A stretch of DNA of 64,000 nt from Octopus sinensis (taxonomy: Eukaryota): NCBI RefSeq assembly GCF_006345805.1, contig NC_043000.1, positions 125,240,001 to 125,304,000 on the forward strand, in the 5' to 3' direction. This document shows, in pieces, positions 40,357-53,565 of the stretch (its first letter is position 1; every line of letters begins with the position of its first letter). The notes under the pieces were generated by a model that did not search any database, had not been told where the DNA came from, and saw nothing but the letters and a program-made list of their open reading frames with translations. Both the position numbers and the translations under genes were made by a program.

Positions 40357-40599
40357 CTCTAAGAGAAGAACATTCCAAAATAATACCTGCCTTGTTGCAA
40401 AGCCAGAGATGTGGTTCTTGCTTGTCTCTAGACTATTCGGCTCTGTTGGTGAGAACCTTGGTGGTGTTGTACAAGCTGTTATTGATTTAAAATGTCAGCC
40501 CTAGCATTGCCAGCAGCCATTGTCTTTAACATCTAGGATAAGATTTGTCAGTAATGGTCATACTTGTTTACAATTTGTTAGCCATTGTCTAGGTATGTA

Positions 40600-40839
40600 A
40601 GTGTGAGGGTGTGTGTGTGTGTTGTGTGTGTGTGTTTAAGTGTGTGTGTATGTGTAAGTGTATGCATGTGTAAGTGTATGTAAGTGTGTGTGTGTGTATA
40701 AGTGTGTGTGAGTGTGTGTGTAAGCGCAAGTGTGTTAGTGTAAGTGTATGTGTGTGTGTGTAAATGTGTATGTGTGTGTAAGTGTGTGTGTGTGTGTAAG
40801 TGTGTGCATGTGTGCAAGTTTGTGTGTGTGTAAGTGTGT

Positions 40840-40886
<47 letters not shown>

Positions 40887-40935
40887 GTGTGTGTGTGTGT
40901 GCGTGTACGTGTGTGCACGTAGACACGCACATGTG
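40600..40935. repeat. Interrupted (GT)n microsatellite
   Basis: Directly visible. Confidence 0.92.
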
Positions 40936-42409
40936 TTTGTGTTAATCATGCAAAATTTATTTCGGAAGGAATCACTCTTCAGCACAATTATCAACAATTC
41001 TGAAATAAAAGCTGAAAATTATGGTCTTTTGTCATGAACTGTGATAAACACTCTCGTTATGAATGATATTTTTCTTACACACTTATAAAATATTTATCAT
41101 CTCTGCTAGTGCACAATTTCTTCAGCTAAAGTTATAGAGTAATGCATAGCAGAGAACTCTTCAAATATCTCTTTGCTTGGGTAAAAACTAGAAGGGTCTG
41201 TTTTTGTTTTGGTTGTTTTTAGATTAATTACAGTTACTTGTTAACACGCAATAACATGAGATATTTTATCTCTTACATAAGACAAACTATATATTAACTT
41301 TCAAATAAGCCAGCTAGATACACAGAAGACGTGAATAAAATTTGCTTGTAGTATTTCATTTAAGGTATTTGGTCAACATAAGGGATATTAATTCAAAGAA
41401 TGAACATCTATGATTCTTGTTATTAAATGAATTGCAACATTCAATGAAGTCTGTGGTCTTTTTACAACACAGAGAATGTCAGATAAAACTCCATATTTTT
41501 CTATACGTGTAGTAAGCTTATTCCCTCACTTAGTAAACAAATAATCCCTTAAATATGCCAAAAGTTCCTTCAGTGAAACAATTCTTTTTGGTTGGATAAT
41601 CCAATCTTCTCCTACTGATAAAGTCAGATTAACTTCTATAACAAAATAAAAAAAATTTGTAAGACCATTTTAATCCTTTTGGTTCCTCTGTGCAGAAATC
41701 AATATAACAGATACAAGATCAATCCATTTATTGTTTGTACATTAATTTGTCCCTTTGATACACAGCATTAGATCAGAATATTTGGAGAGTATCATTTTAC
41801 CAAGGTCTTTTTCATTCCAGTAGCTCCATCACTTCCCCACCAATCTGCCCAAATGTAATTCCAGCACCTATTTCTTATCACTGAAAATGGTTATATAAAA
41901 ATCAGAAGAGCTTACTGGAACCATCTTAGAAGCAAAAATTCCAGGAGGGGAAGAAAAAAGAGGCAGACAAACTAAGAAATGATGTAGCTTACATCAAGAC
42001 ATGGTGAATAGAAAGAAATAAACTAGAAAGGATGAAGAATGTTCGTCTGGCATTAATCGGTAGAGCACAATGAGAAACAGTCTGATGCCAGTTCCTGCTA
42101 AGAGGATAAAATGATAACAGTTATGTGTTCTCTTACAAAGAGAGTTTGATCTCACCAATTCCTGAGCAAATGATCTCCTTTGTAGGAGATTTTTAATCTC
42201 AGTACCATTACTCCTCTAACAGAAAAACAATTACTTTCGATTTCTTTCCGAAAGAGATGAAAACATTACTCTTTCTGAAAGAACTGCAAAACATTCTCCT
42301 TCAATTGCTTCAGGAATTAAGGAAAGAAGAAATAATGTATACATACATACATACATACATTCATATATATATACATATATGTGTGTGTGTTTATATATCT
42401 GTGTGTGAT

Positions 42410-42444
<35 letters not shown>

Positions 42445-43428
42445 ACAAGAGATAAGCAATCTTGTTCTAATGATATGTCATGATTTTTGACAAGTAGAAG
42501 AAACAGAAACCAATTGTAGATGTAGAGGATGAGGTCAGACTTCATGGAAAACAGTTCTAATATGGCTATGAAATTAAAACAAACAAACAATCAATATCTA
42601 TTACTGTCAGTAAAAAAGAAATCAAGAATCAAGCCATGCAAATGGAAATTCATTTCTCAAACGGTTGGGGATTTTTTTTCTTACTTTCTTTCTTTCTTTC
42701 TTTCTCTCTATACAAAAGCTTTCATGAATGAGGCATTTGGATGTTTATTTTGCAGGGGGGAGGAAAAAGAAGGAAAAGAAAAAAAAATGGAGTGAGAAGA
42801 ATATAGTTCACGTCTCACAATTAATGGTTTTTCGAAATATTGGTTTCTTTTATGATATCTCATTGCATAAGAATGAATCTACAACAGTTGTTTGTACGTT
42901 TGTTTGTTTGTTTGTTCGACTTTTCTCTTTCTCATTTATTCTATTCAACTATCCAGATTTTCTATAGATAATTTTCTTTAAAAAGCAAAACATCTTATCA
43001 TCGAGTAACTTCATTCAAAGAGAGGAAAACTATGTTTTTTGTATGAGTTAAACACTCTGAGTAAATTCTCTTTTAATCAAGCTAATCATTTCGTGTTTTA
43101 TTTTCATTGCTAAGTTGCTATTTTTTTTTCTCTCTCATAAACTTCCCGAGTCAATGTTGACAAACATGAAAAATACATATGATTTAGGTCTGATTTACCG
43201 ATCCATCTAGTTATAAATAGATTACACAGAATGGTATAAAGCAGTAACAGCACTATAAATTTAACAAGTGTTTTGTTAACTTACAGAGCATGGTTCAATT
43301 CTTTCAATGGGAGAATGTCGTTTTACAGAAAGGGTTGGACTCACACTCTCAAAAACATACACACACACACATACCCATGCAAATATTTATACTAACATAC
43401 ATACACATGCACATACATACATTCCTAC

Positions 43429-43459
<31 letters not shown>

Positions 43460-43468
43460 CATACATAC

Positions 43469-43676
43469 AAGCCATAAAATGTGACAACCGATTCAGACTT
43501 TGTGAAGTTCACACTGAAGATATCACCCACATCATAAGCAGTTGCCTGAAAATGTCATCATGGTATTATCTACCGATGAGACATGACATTGTAGCTAGGA
43601 TACTCTATAATGAAATCTGTAGGAAGGATAATCCCGAGGACAAAGAAATAAGAACCCATAATGTAGTAGAAGCCAC
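43469..43676 (+). mobile_element. CCHC-region fragment of the R4/Dong-like family
   Basis: FRLCEVHTEDITHIISSCLKMSSWYYLPMRHDIVARILYNEIC. Confidence 0.78.
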
Positions 43677-44849
43677 TGGATGGAATATAGATTTGCGGTT
43701 AGCTTCTATGGAAGGGATTAGAACCCAGAATGTATATAATTGCATCCAAACTAAATCGTGGATCTTCAATAGAGATTCTTGATATTTAACTTACTGAGAG
43801 CAGATGGCACCTAATGATTGATCAACACTCTATAAAGTGGTTGAAAAATCAGTAAAGACAATGTAGTGTCAAAAGGATACTTAGTCTTGTATTGCTGAGG
43901 ATAAAGCAGCCCAACCAGTGTTGGTGCCATGCAGTGTTGATAAAATGCACCCAGGACATTGTGTTAACTGGTTGGTGAATGAGTGGAGACAATGCAGAAC
44001 TAAAATAATCTTTAATCTTGTCTTGTTAAGAACATGACCAACCACAATGACAACAACAACAACAACAACAACAGCAACAACAACAATAGCAATGACAACG
44101 TTGATGGTGATGATAATGAAGCCATAACTATATTCAAGTACAATCTTTTCTTTCGTGGTTTATATGTTCTTAATATTCAGTTAAGAGCGTTCTTAAATTT
44201 GTTAGTCTATTTATGTTTTAATATCTTTGTATCATTTTTAAATCCAGCATTGATAATTTTATCAATTATAAAATTATTACCAAAACCCTTGGCAGAAAAC
44301 ATGTACAACACACAACTAACAGCACTTCATTTCATAAATAAGACTGTGACATTCTCAAAACATTAACAGATTAATGGATTTCTGGAATGTTATTATTTCA
44401 AATGAAACGTAAAGAACTAATAAGGAATTAACCATACCCTTGTCTTTAACAAAACATGTTTGGAAGAAAAGTTGTTTTCTATTTACATACATATGCAAAT
44501 GTATGTATGTTTATATATATGTGTAAATGTATGTATGTGTAGATGTATGTATGTATGTATGTATGTATGTATGTATGTATGTATGTATGTATGTATGTAT
44601 GTATGTATGTATGTATGCATGTACTTGTATGTACTCATGTACATATGTATGACTGTACATTTATATGTATGTGTGTATGTATACATATATCACTTCTATT
44701 TTTCAATTATTATAAATCTTCCACTGAGGAGGGAGCCAGTTTCCAACAAAGATACAAGGCTTCATCTTTGGAATATAGTTAACACAGACAAATTCACATT
44801 TGGAACTTGAGAAAAGTCTTTCATATTTTTACTGTTCCACTCACAGATT

Positions 44850-45122
44850 GCACTTGTTATGTACAAATTAGCAAGTCAATTTCTCTTTCTGAAAATCCCA
44901 GTTTATCCAGATTCTTCTTTAAGCATTTACTAACAAAACCGAGTGCTCCAATTATTATTGTTATGAATATGAATTCATAGTTTGGATACAGAAGCTGGAA
45001 GTTTTGAAGCAGTTGTCCATAGATATCCTCTTTTTCTTTGATTTTCAAAGAGATATTTATATCTGCAGGGCAACTGACCTCTATATTGGTACATACCTTT
45101 ATCCTCCTGTCCCAATCATATG
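44850..45122 (-). mobile_element. RLE endonuclease fragment of the same R4/Dong-like family
   Basis: WDRRIKVCTNIEVSCPADINISLKIKEKEDIYGQLLQNFQLLYPNYEFIFITIIIGALG. Confidence 0.82.
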
Positions 45123-45996
45123 TATGCATGTATGTATGTACGTACGTATGTATGTATGTATGTATGTATGTATGTATGTATGTATGTATGTATGTATGTA
45201 TGTATGTATGTATGTATGTATGTATGTATGTATGTATGTATGTATGTATGTATGTATGTGTGTATGTATGTAAACAAATTATTTCATTTATTCATATTTT
45301 TTGAAAGTGAAAAATAATTATTGTAGTCTTTACACAAACAAAGAGATACCTGCAGAGTGTCTCTGCTTTGCATTACTGTAAGCTTAATTAAAGAAATTGT
45401 GTTACAGGAGTGATGATTATTATTTAATAAGCTAGTAAAAAAAGATCATATGTAATGAGAACTGTTTGCACAGCTAATGATAAGACATTGTAATTTTCAA
45501 CTTTCATTTCAGAATTGTTGATAAGTTTACTGTGAAGCAATTACTTCAAAATTAAACTTTACATATTTACATACAAACAAACATACATACATACATGTAT
45601 ACATACATACATACATACATACATACATACATACATACATACATACATACATACATACATACACAGTAATCTAAACAAACACTTATCTATATTATATATA
45701 TATATATATATTTCAACAATTGAGGGTAAAATTAATTAATTATTAATCAATTTCACCAAGTATTCAGTATGCAAAGGGACCATTTAAGGCGAATTCAAAT
45801 TATTACATTATATAAAAGGGCTTAGTAAAATAAATTACTTTGCCGCATACTGAACTCATTAGAAATAGTAGCTAAAAAAACTTTTTTAAAACTATTTCTA
45901 ATACTTAAAGAAAACCTCTCTCATATAGTGTTTGCTCAATTCAACTCACGAAAGTATGGGGGTAAAGACATTAAAAAATCAAATGCAAAGGTTATT

Positions 45997-46048
45997 TGAG
46001 AACGTACGTTTCAAGATTAGTCAACTCGACATTTCTATCATCAGCTCA
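45997..46048 (-). ncRNA. Type I hammerhead ribozyme motif with minimal palindromic stem III
   Basis: Minus strand: TGAG-CTGATGA-tagaaatgtcgagttgactaatctt-GAAAC-GTAC-GTT-CTCA. Stem I 4 bp, ACGTACGT palindrome, GUU triplet. The first stem II position is U-U (atypical). Confidence 0.7.
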
Positions 46049-46554
46049 GAACTCCTTGGTTTGGATTTGAAAACACTGAAAGTGGGAGCATACCCTTTCG
46101 GCTTCTTATCGCTTCTGAAGATCTGCTCGAAACTAACAGTGCCAGCAAACTCAAATATGCAAGTGAAGAATTTCTGCTCTCCCCTTTCCACCAGCGTGGG
46201 TTAAAATCAGTAAACACTATGCTTTTTCGGTAAAATCCGAGGCATTAAATAGAGAGAGATGAATTATAATTTCAACAATTGAGGGTAAAATTAATTAATT
46301 ATTAATCAATTTCACCAAGTATTCAGTATGCAAAGGGACCATTTAAGGCGAATTCAAATTATTACATTATATAAAAGGGCTTAGTAAAATAAATTACTTT
46401 GCCGCATACTGAACTCATTAGAAATAGTAGCTAAAAAAACTTTTTTAAAACTATTTCTAATACTTAAAGAAAACCTCTCTCATATAGTGTTGCTCAATTC
46501 AACTCATGAAAGTATGGGGGTAAAGACATTAAAAAATCAAATGCAAAGGTTATT

Positions 46555-46606
46555 TGAGAACGTACGTTTCAAGATTAGTCAACTCGACATTTCTATCATC
46601 AGCTCA
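46555..46606 (-). ncRNA. Type I hammerhead ribozyme motif (second tandem copy)
   Basis: Identical to 45997-46048, 558 nt away. Confidence 0.7.
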
Positions 46607-46725
46607 GAACTCCTTGGTTTGGATTTGAAAACACTGAAAGTGGGAGCATACCCTTTCGGCTTCTTATCGCTTCTGAAGATCTGCTCGAAACTAACATATA
46701 TATATATATATATATATATAAATAT

Positions 46726-46756
<31 letters not shown>

Positions 46757-46765
46757 TTATATATA

Positions 46766-46948
46766 GAGGGCATTATACATACATGCCAGAAGGCATTATA
46801 CATACATGCCACACGCTAAGAGGGACAATTAGTCATTTCTACCAAAAATATTACTAATATTACTGTTTTTGGTAGAAATGACTAATTGTCCCTCTTAGCG
46901 TGTGGCATGTATGTATAATGCCTTCTGGCATGTATGTATAATGCCCTC
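46766..46948. repeat. Perfect 83-bp inverted repeat with 17-nt spacer, flanked by TA runs
   Basis: Arms 46766-46848 and 46866-46948 are exact reverse complements; each arm holds two copies of GGCATTATACATACATGCCA. Confidence 0.92.
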
Positions 46949-47429
46949 TATATATAAATTAATATGTTCAATAAGAAATAATTATTTTCGAAATTTTTTC
47001 TCTTATGAGGTTTTCACGCTATCTACCTGACAATTTCTTGTTAAGTTTTCCTTATTAAGTAGTTGTCCTTAATTGCTATATATATATATATATATATATG
47101 TATGCATGTATGTATGTATGTATGTATGTATGTATGTATGTATGCATGTATGTATGTATGTATTTCTATATATAAATGTGTCTTTTCTTTCAATTAAACT
47201 CAAGATAAAAACATATGCACACAGATACATACATACATACATTCATAGATATGTACATACATATATACATCCATACACACACACACATGTTCATACATAC
47301 ATGCATATACACATGTACATATGTGTGTATGTATACACACATATGTACATACATACACACACACATGCAGAATGTTCATATTTGGTTATAGAATGAAGAA
47401 AGTCAGTCCCCCAAACCCAAAATTTGTAC

Positions 47430-48630
47430 ATCAATGATCTCTCTGTCTCCCCCATTCCATGCAAAGGATGTTACAATACCTAGGCATAGATGAAAATATA
47501 TCAAATGAAAGCACTGTAAATAAAGATAGTGTCCAGTCTTTGGAAAATATGGCAGTCGGAACTCTCCTTTTACAAAACAATATCCCACAATGCACTTGCA
47601 GTACCAGTGCTGATCCCAACATTGGTGGGTACTTAATTGGTCTGTAGAGGAAATCCACTCCATAGACATCAAAACTTGCAAAATCCTGACAACAACTGGG
47701 AACTTCCACAGAAGCAGTGATGTTGACAGGCTCTACCTAAGGAGAAATGAAGGTGGTAAAGGCCTGAGATCAGTGCAGACGGCTTTCAAATACCTTATGG
47801 TATCACTCAAGCAGCCCCTGTTAAACAACAGCAGCAAAAATAAATATATAAATACAGTGCTGAAAAGTTAAGTAACATTGTATGAGTTGGCAGTAAGCTA
47901 CTCATGAAGCACTCTCTCCCTGATGATCTACACAGCCCCAAAACAGCTGGGCTTGCTTACCTCAGAGAAGGCCTGTGTGGGAAGCACTCAGCATACAAAA
48001 AAAACGACTATGCATGGGTATGTTGCCTAGAAGCTTGAAGAAGACAGTAGAATTGATACGAAGCGCAGCCTCTCTTGGACAAAAGACCACTACACCACAT
48101 AACACTTTGAAGGCTATGTGTTAGCAATCCAGAAACAGGAGGCTGTCACAAAGTACCTGGTGAACAAGAGAGTCAGTGATGCTCTTGTAATCCCAAGATG
48201 CAATCACATGTGTAGGCTATGTCATGTTTCTGTGGAAGACATCCCACATGTGATTTGCAGCTATCCTAAAATGCTGCCATGGTACCACCTCCCTATGTGG
48301 CATGGCGTTGTCACTAAAACAATTTACAATGCCATTTGCAAGTAAGACTGTTCTGAAATAAACTTAGAAAATCCCTCCATTATGAAATACATTCATAAAC
48401 ACCAACTTAAGGAATGCTGGTGGAATATTCCCATCAAAACTTCTGTCAAATGTAAATACAAAAGGCCAGATATTGTTGTTTGGGACAGAGGGACAAAGGT
48501 ATGTACCATTATAGAGGTCAGCTGCACTGCAAATATAAATATCTCTTTGAAAATCAAAAGAAAAGAGGATATCTATGGACAACTGCTTCAAAACCTCCAG
48601 TTTCTATATCCAGACTATGAATTCATATTA
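47430..48630 (+). mobile_element. Decayed 3' part of an R4/Dong-like RLE non-LTR retrotransposon (RT thumb, CCHC, restriction-like endonuclease)
   Basis: YLGIDENI; NWSVEEIHSIDIKTCKILTTTGNFHRSSDVDRLYLRRNEGGKGLRS; CRLCHVSVEDIPHVICSY; KRPDIVVWDRGTKVCTIIEVSC. Confidence 0.85.
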
Positions 48631-49792
48631 GTGGAGGAAGAGCATTGCCTATGACTCCAGATCTTCTGTGACTGGTAGAACAAATGAAGCAATTAAAGAA
48701 TTTATCATCAGACTTGATGGAAATATTTGCAGTAGATTGGCCTCCTCCAAAAGCACTCTAGGGCCAGAGGTGTTAAGCCATGTGATGGATTATGTGTAAA
48801 TACATACATTTTTTTTCTTTCTTTTCCTGATGCAATGAATATAAAGAGAAAGCTACAATGAAAGCTTATGTGTATCAAAAGCTAAAATTTCTTGTTGGAA
48901 AATTATTCATTATAAGATCAGAAACCAGGTAATATTCTTTGAATATTCATTTGGAAAATGTTTGAATTGCTGTCTGGCAAATATAATGGTAAGTTTAGAA
49001 AAGATTTCTTTAAAATATATAACTAGTTTGCTAGATTAAAGCAATTCAAGGAAAAGAAATGTTTAATGAAGCAAAAGATAGTTTTGACTGATTACCAAGC
49101 AATTGGAACTATTTTGATGTGAGTACAATGTTTGGATAACTGTATACATAAACAGGAATAATACAAAAAATACATTTCGTGGGAAATAGGAATATATCAT
49201 GCATGGGATAGCTATTTAATTTTGTATCAATTCGGTGAGTAAAACCATGTTGAAATATAAAGATTTGTCACTGAAAATATCATTATCATTGTCTGTTTCA
49301 AAATGTCTGCTGATAATTTTGTGCTATTAATACATCATTGTCCCATACATCATTAATTCCTGGAAAGACTGAGTATTTTTAGAAATTCCAATAAGAAGAA
49401 TCGTTGGTAATTACATAAACAAATAAATTTGTTAATATTATAAAGACTTAATGTTACGAAGACTTAAAATGATAAGAAATATATCAGTAAATTAAGTTCT
49501 GATGACAGAATTTTCAATAAATACCAATCTTGCAGTCACATGGCATTTGACTCAGTGATAATATATCCAATTAACACTCTTTTAATGAAATAATCAGCTA
49601 GTCACTGGTTAACTATTTAGTTAACTTTTAACATATGTCCCGCAATATAGATTTTTATGAATATATTCTGTGAGACAGAAGAGTTTTCTGAGGAGGAAAA
49701 ATGTATCATAGCATCACCCATGCATTCTTGATCTCTTTGGTTCCTCTTCTTCCTTTTGTGAATAGTTATCTCTCAATATTTATTTTACACCA

Positions 49793-50245
49793 AGGTGGCG
49801 AGCTGGCAGAACGTTAGCATGCCAGGCGAAATGCTTAGTGGTATTTCATCTGTTTTTATGTTCTGAGTTCAAATTCTTCCCGCGTTGACTTTGCCTTTCA
49901 TCCTTTCGGGGTCGATAAGTTAAGTAGCAGCTGCATACTGGGATCGATCTAATTGACTGGCCTCCGTCTCCCCAAAAATTGTGGGCCTTGTACTTAGAGT
50001 AGAAAAGAATATTCATTTTACACTAAGGCGGCAAGGTGTCAGAATTGTTAGCATGCCAGGCAAAATGCTTAGTGCTACTTCGTCTGTCTTATGTTCTGAG
50101 TTCAAATTCTACTGAAGTCGACTTTGCCTTTCATCCTTTCAGGGTCAATAAATTAAGTACCAGTTGCATATTAGGGTTGATCTAATTGACTGGCCCCCTC
50201 CCCCCAAATTTCAGGCCTTGTGCCTAGAGTAGAAAAGAATATTTC
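49793..50245 (+). mobile_element. Tandem dimer of tRNA-derived SINE family B
   Basis: Two consecutive GGCGAGCTGGCAGAA...TCTGAGTTCAAATT...CTAGAGTAGAAAAGAATATT-type units. Confidence 0.82.
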
Positions 50246-51459
50246 TTTTACACTGTATGTTTCATTGAACGTATATATGTATAAATGAATGAATGATTGA
50301 ACGTATGCATGTATGTATGTATGCATGAATGTATGTATGTATGTATGTATGTATGTATGTATGAATGTATGTATGTATGTATGTATGTATGTATGTATGT
50401 ATGTATGTATGTATGTATGTATGTATGTATGTATGTACGCATGTATGTATGCATGTGTGTATGTATTCATGTATGCATGCATGCATGTATGTATGAACAC
50501 ATGTTTTATATACTTATGTATGTATATATGTACATATATGTATGAATGCATGTATTGTGAATAAACACATGTATGTATGTATGTATGTATGTATGTATGT
50601 ATGTATGTATGCATGCATATATGTCTGTTTGTATGTATGTGCATATATGAATAGACAAGTAGGTAGATATATATGCTTGCAAGTATGAATGTGTCAATGT
50701 ATGTATATATGTATGTATGCATGTGTATTATCTGTGTATGTATGTATGTATGTACGTACGTATGTATGTATGTATGTATGTATGTATGTATGTATGTATG
50801 TATGTATGTATGTATGTATGTATGTATGTATGTACGTATGTAAGCATGCATACATGCATGTATACCAACCCCATCATCGTTTACTCTTCTTTATTTCCTG
50901 ATATAAGCCACTGCCCAATTCCAGCACCAGCATCCTTGTTCATCCTCTAAAGCCAATGAAAGCCAATTTGTTTCTGAATTGGCATTGAGCAATACTAAAG
51001 GAAAAGCTGAACAAGCTCGTAAAAATTACAATTGTCTCTTGAACAATTCCCTAACAGAACGGTCACTCTTTTATGCCAGAAATGCTGAACTTTAACATTT
51101 CCAGAATTATCTCTTGGAAGTATATTGCAGACAGCATTTCTGTGGGGATTCTACATATACTTTACTGCTTGATAATAGCTGACTGTATCACCATCATTGT
51201 TTTCACATCCACTTTTTCATGCTTACATGGGTCAGATGGAACTTTGATTCAGTGGATTTCCTACTGATGGATATCTTCCTTGTCAGCAACCACTACATGT
51301 TTAGAGTAAGGTTATTGCTCCTCGTGATCAGACATGTTTTGATGGAAGATTGGAAGTGAAGAATACTGCTTGCATGACGGTGACATTTATTTACAACTAT
51401 TGTGCAATACCAGGATGAATAAACAGTAACACACACACACACACACACAAATATGTATG

Positions 51460-51491
<32 letters not shown>

Positions 51492-51622
51492 TGTATGTAT
51501 GTATGTATGTATGTATGTATGTATGTATGCATGTATGTAATAAATATCTGAGCGAGGTATAACCCTTAGGGGTTAGCCACATTTAAGTGGCAAATATACT
51601 TCATGATATATATATATATATA

Positions 51623-51859
51623 CAAGGTGGCCCCAAAGTAAGTTTACAATTATTACATAGGCACTTTAAATTTCTTTTCAAACATTTTAGTACATTTAAA
51701 TTTCTACCTTACAAACTGAAAAGGGAGCTTGACAAAATTAACTAAATTTGCATAGAATAATGGCTTCATATTTTTGTTTATAATTAAGATCTAAACTGTT
51801 AATATATGAATGCAAAAGAGATAGTTGAGTAACTGTAAACCTACTTTTGAGCCACCCTG
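51623..51859. mobile_element. Tc1/mariner-type MITE (237 bp)
   Basis: TIRs CA(A/G)GGTGGC(C/T)C(C/A)AAAGTA(A/G)GTTTACA, TA flanks. Confidence 0.78.
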
Positions 51860-51869
51860 TACCCTGTGG

Positions 51870-52600
51870 AGAGCAGGGTACACTCAGACAGGCCATCCAG
51901 AAGCCAAAATGAGCAGCCAGTTGAGAATAGTCATGGAAGACCATTGTGTAACAATCCAGGAAATTGCTCAAAAAATAAAACCCATCAAAGGGTGGAAGAA
52001 CTACTGTGTAATCAACAGCCAATTCAATCAGTACCTTGTCACGGTGAAGTGCCTGTGTGCTCTGTTGACCAGGAGATCTATGCTGGAGGGAGAGAAATCT
52101 TCAGGTAGATCTTACCAGGCCAGACAGGTCGAAGGGTAGGAGACAGGCAAAACCTTAATGATAATAAATTGAAGTGTTGGCCGCAGAGCATGGATTTAGT
52201 TATTGGCAGGACCTAACAGATCAGATTCCTGGCTTTGAACTAGCAGGATGTCATACAGAGGATCTTGAATACAAGACAATGAATGAGACCCTAATATTCC
52301 TAGTTAGATGGAAACCGTGGGACCACATGGAGTAGCACCCTGTGACTCCTATAGTATGTGCTTTTGAAACCCCTATTGAGGCATCCTATGAGATGACCTA
52401 CAAGAAATGAGATTGTGCATATGGAGAGTGTTGGTAAAATTCATCCCCACAGGGCAGGTGGAGTAGGAGAAGCAACTCTGCATGGAAATCGCTCAGGACA
52501 TGCTGGACTATACAAACCACAACCCAGACTGCATGAAGACCATAATTAATGGTTATGAGACATAGGTTTATGGTCTCTGCTCAATGTGTGAAAATGAAAA
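51870..52600 (+). mobile_element. Old mariner transposase remnant of a different subfamily, with internal insertion
   Basis: MEDHCVTIQEIAQKI (HTH), and later MEIAQDMLDYTNHNPDCMKTIINGYET*VYG (GDETWVYGY-like). Confidence 0.6.
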
Positions 52601-53038
52601 TCTGACAAGTGCCTACTATAAGTTTGTACTCTAGGTGTAACAGGTGGGAACTAACGCAGCTCAACAATATGAAAATTTTTACACATGCACAGGAAGGGTG
52701 GTGTCACCTTCCACCTTAAGGATTTTGTCCATGCAGCATTAATTTTGACAGGAAAAAGTAAAGGAAGGTACTTTTTGAATGTTTCATTGATTCTTATAAA
52801 TATACATATAAGCAAAATTTATATTTGTGACATATTTCAACTGCTAAAAGGCAAATACTCTGTAGTGACGCCATCTATCAGGAATCTCAGACGTCAATGT
52901 TTTTGAATTTATTGACTCTTCTCAATGGGATATCCCTAAGGGAGGCAACTCTGAACAAACTTATAAAGCAATAGCTGTATGTAAAATTCAGTCAACATAT
53001 TGATTGATTTGTACTGGTAGATTACCTGATCAAAGAAA

Positions 53039-53344
53039 ATAATGAAATTTTAGCACCAAGCAATGTTTGGGCATAAACAAAATTTAGGTTAGTTAAAATA
53101 TGTTTATGATGTATTTCAACTGCTAAAAGTCAATAAACTCTAAACATCGATGTCTCGGATTCCTGAGAGATGATGATACAGAACAAATCAGGTGCTTTCA
53201 CACCTTTTACCATAAGAGAGATATTTTTTTCATGGTAACTGCAGTGTATTTGCCTTTTAGCAGTTGAAGTATTTCACAATCATATTTTAACTAACCTAAA
53301 TTTTGTTTATACCTAAACAATGCTTGGCGCTAACATTTCATTAT
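53039..53344. mobile_element. Fold-back / MITE-like element with about 95-bp inverted ends
   Basis: ATAATGAAAT.TTAGC.CCAAGCA...AACTGCTAAAAG mirrored at both ends; a related partial copy in opposite orientation at about 52810-52920. Confidence 0.75.
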
Positions 53345-53352
53345 ATACATAT

Positions 53353-53393
<41 letters not shown>

Positions 53394-53401
<8 letters not shown>

Positions 53402-53526
53402 ATTTAGGGTATCTAAGAGATACCACCACGCTGGAAATAGCAGCCAAAACTTAACTCTAAAATTGGTTGTGTGCATACGTGCATATATGTGTATGTATAC
53501 GTTCGTATACATAAGTATTTGTATGT

Positions 53527-53565
<39 letters not shown>

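Larger units (their letters stand above)
45711..46695 (-). repeat. 558-559-bp tandem (about 1.8 copies) in a (TA)n tract, hammerhead-bearing, Penelope-pLTR / retrozyme-like
   Basis: TTTCAACAATTGAGGGTAAAA at 45711 and 46270; near-identical copies; (TA)n on both sides. Confidence 0.88.

Noticed and set aside
41936-41944. Possible 9-nt micro-exon ATGGTTCCA on minus
   Set aside because: It lies about 55 nt from another weak candidate and has no independent support.
44718-44778. TTCCA-CTGAGGA...TGGAA hammerhead-like remnant
   Set aside because: No GAAA box can be placed; at most a heavily decayed relic.
46112-46145. CTGAAGA-TCTGCTC-GAAAC on plus in the 558-bp unit
   Set aside because: No stem II, III or I pairing; the credible motif is on minus.
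50908-51094. 62-codon ATG-less open frame on plus after a pyrimidine-rich AG (similar 40-50-codon frames at about 21.0, 21.6, 31.1 and 40.4 kb)
   Set aside because: No good donor or recognisable motif; frames of this length are expected by chance in 64 kb.
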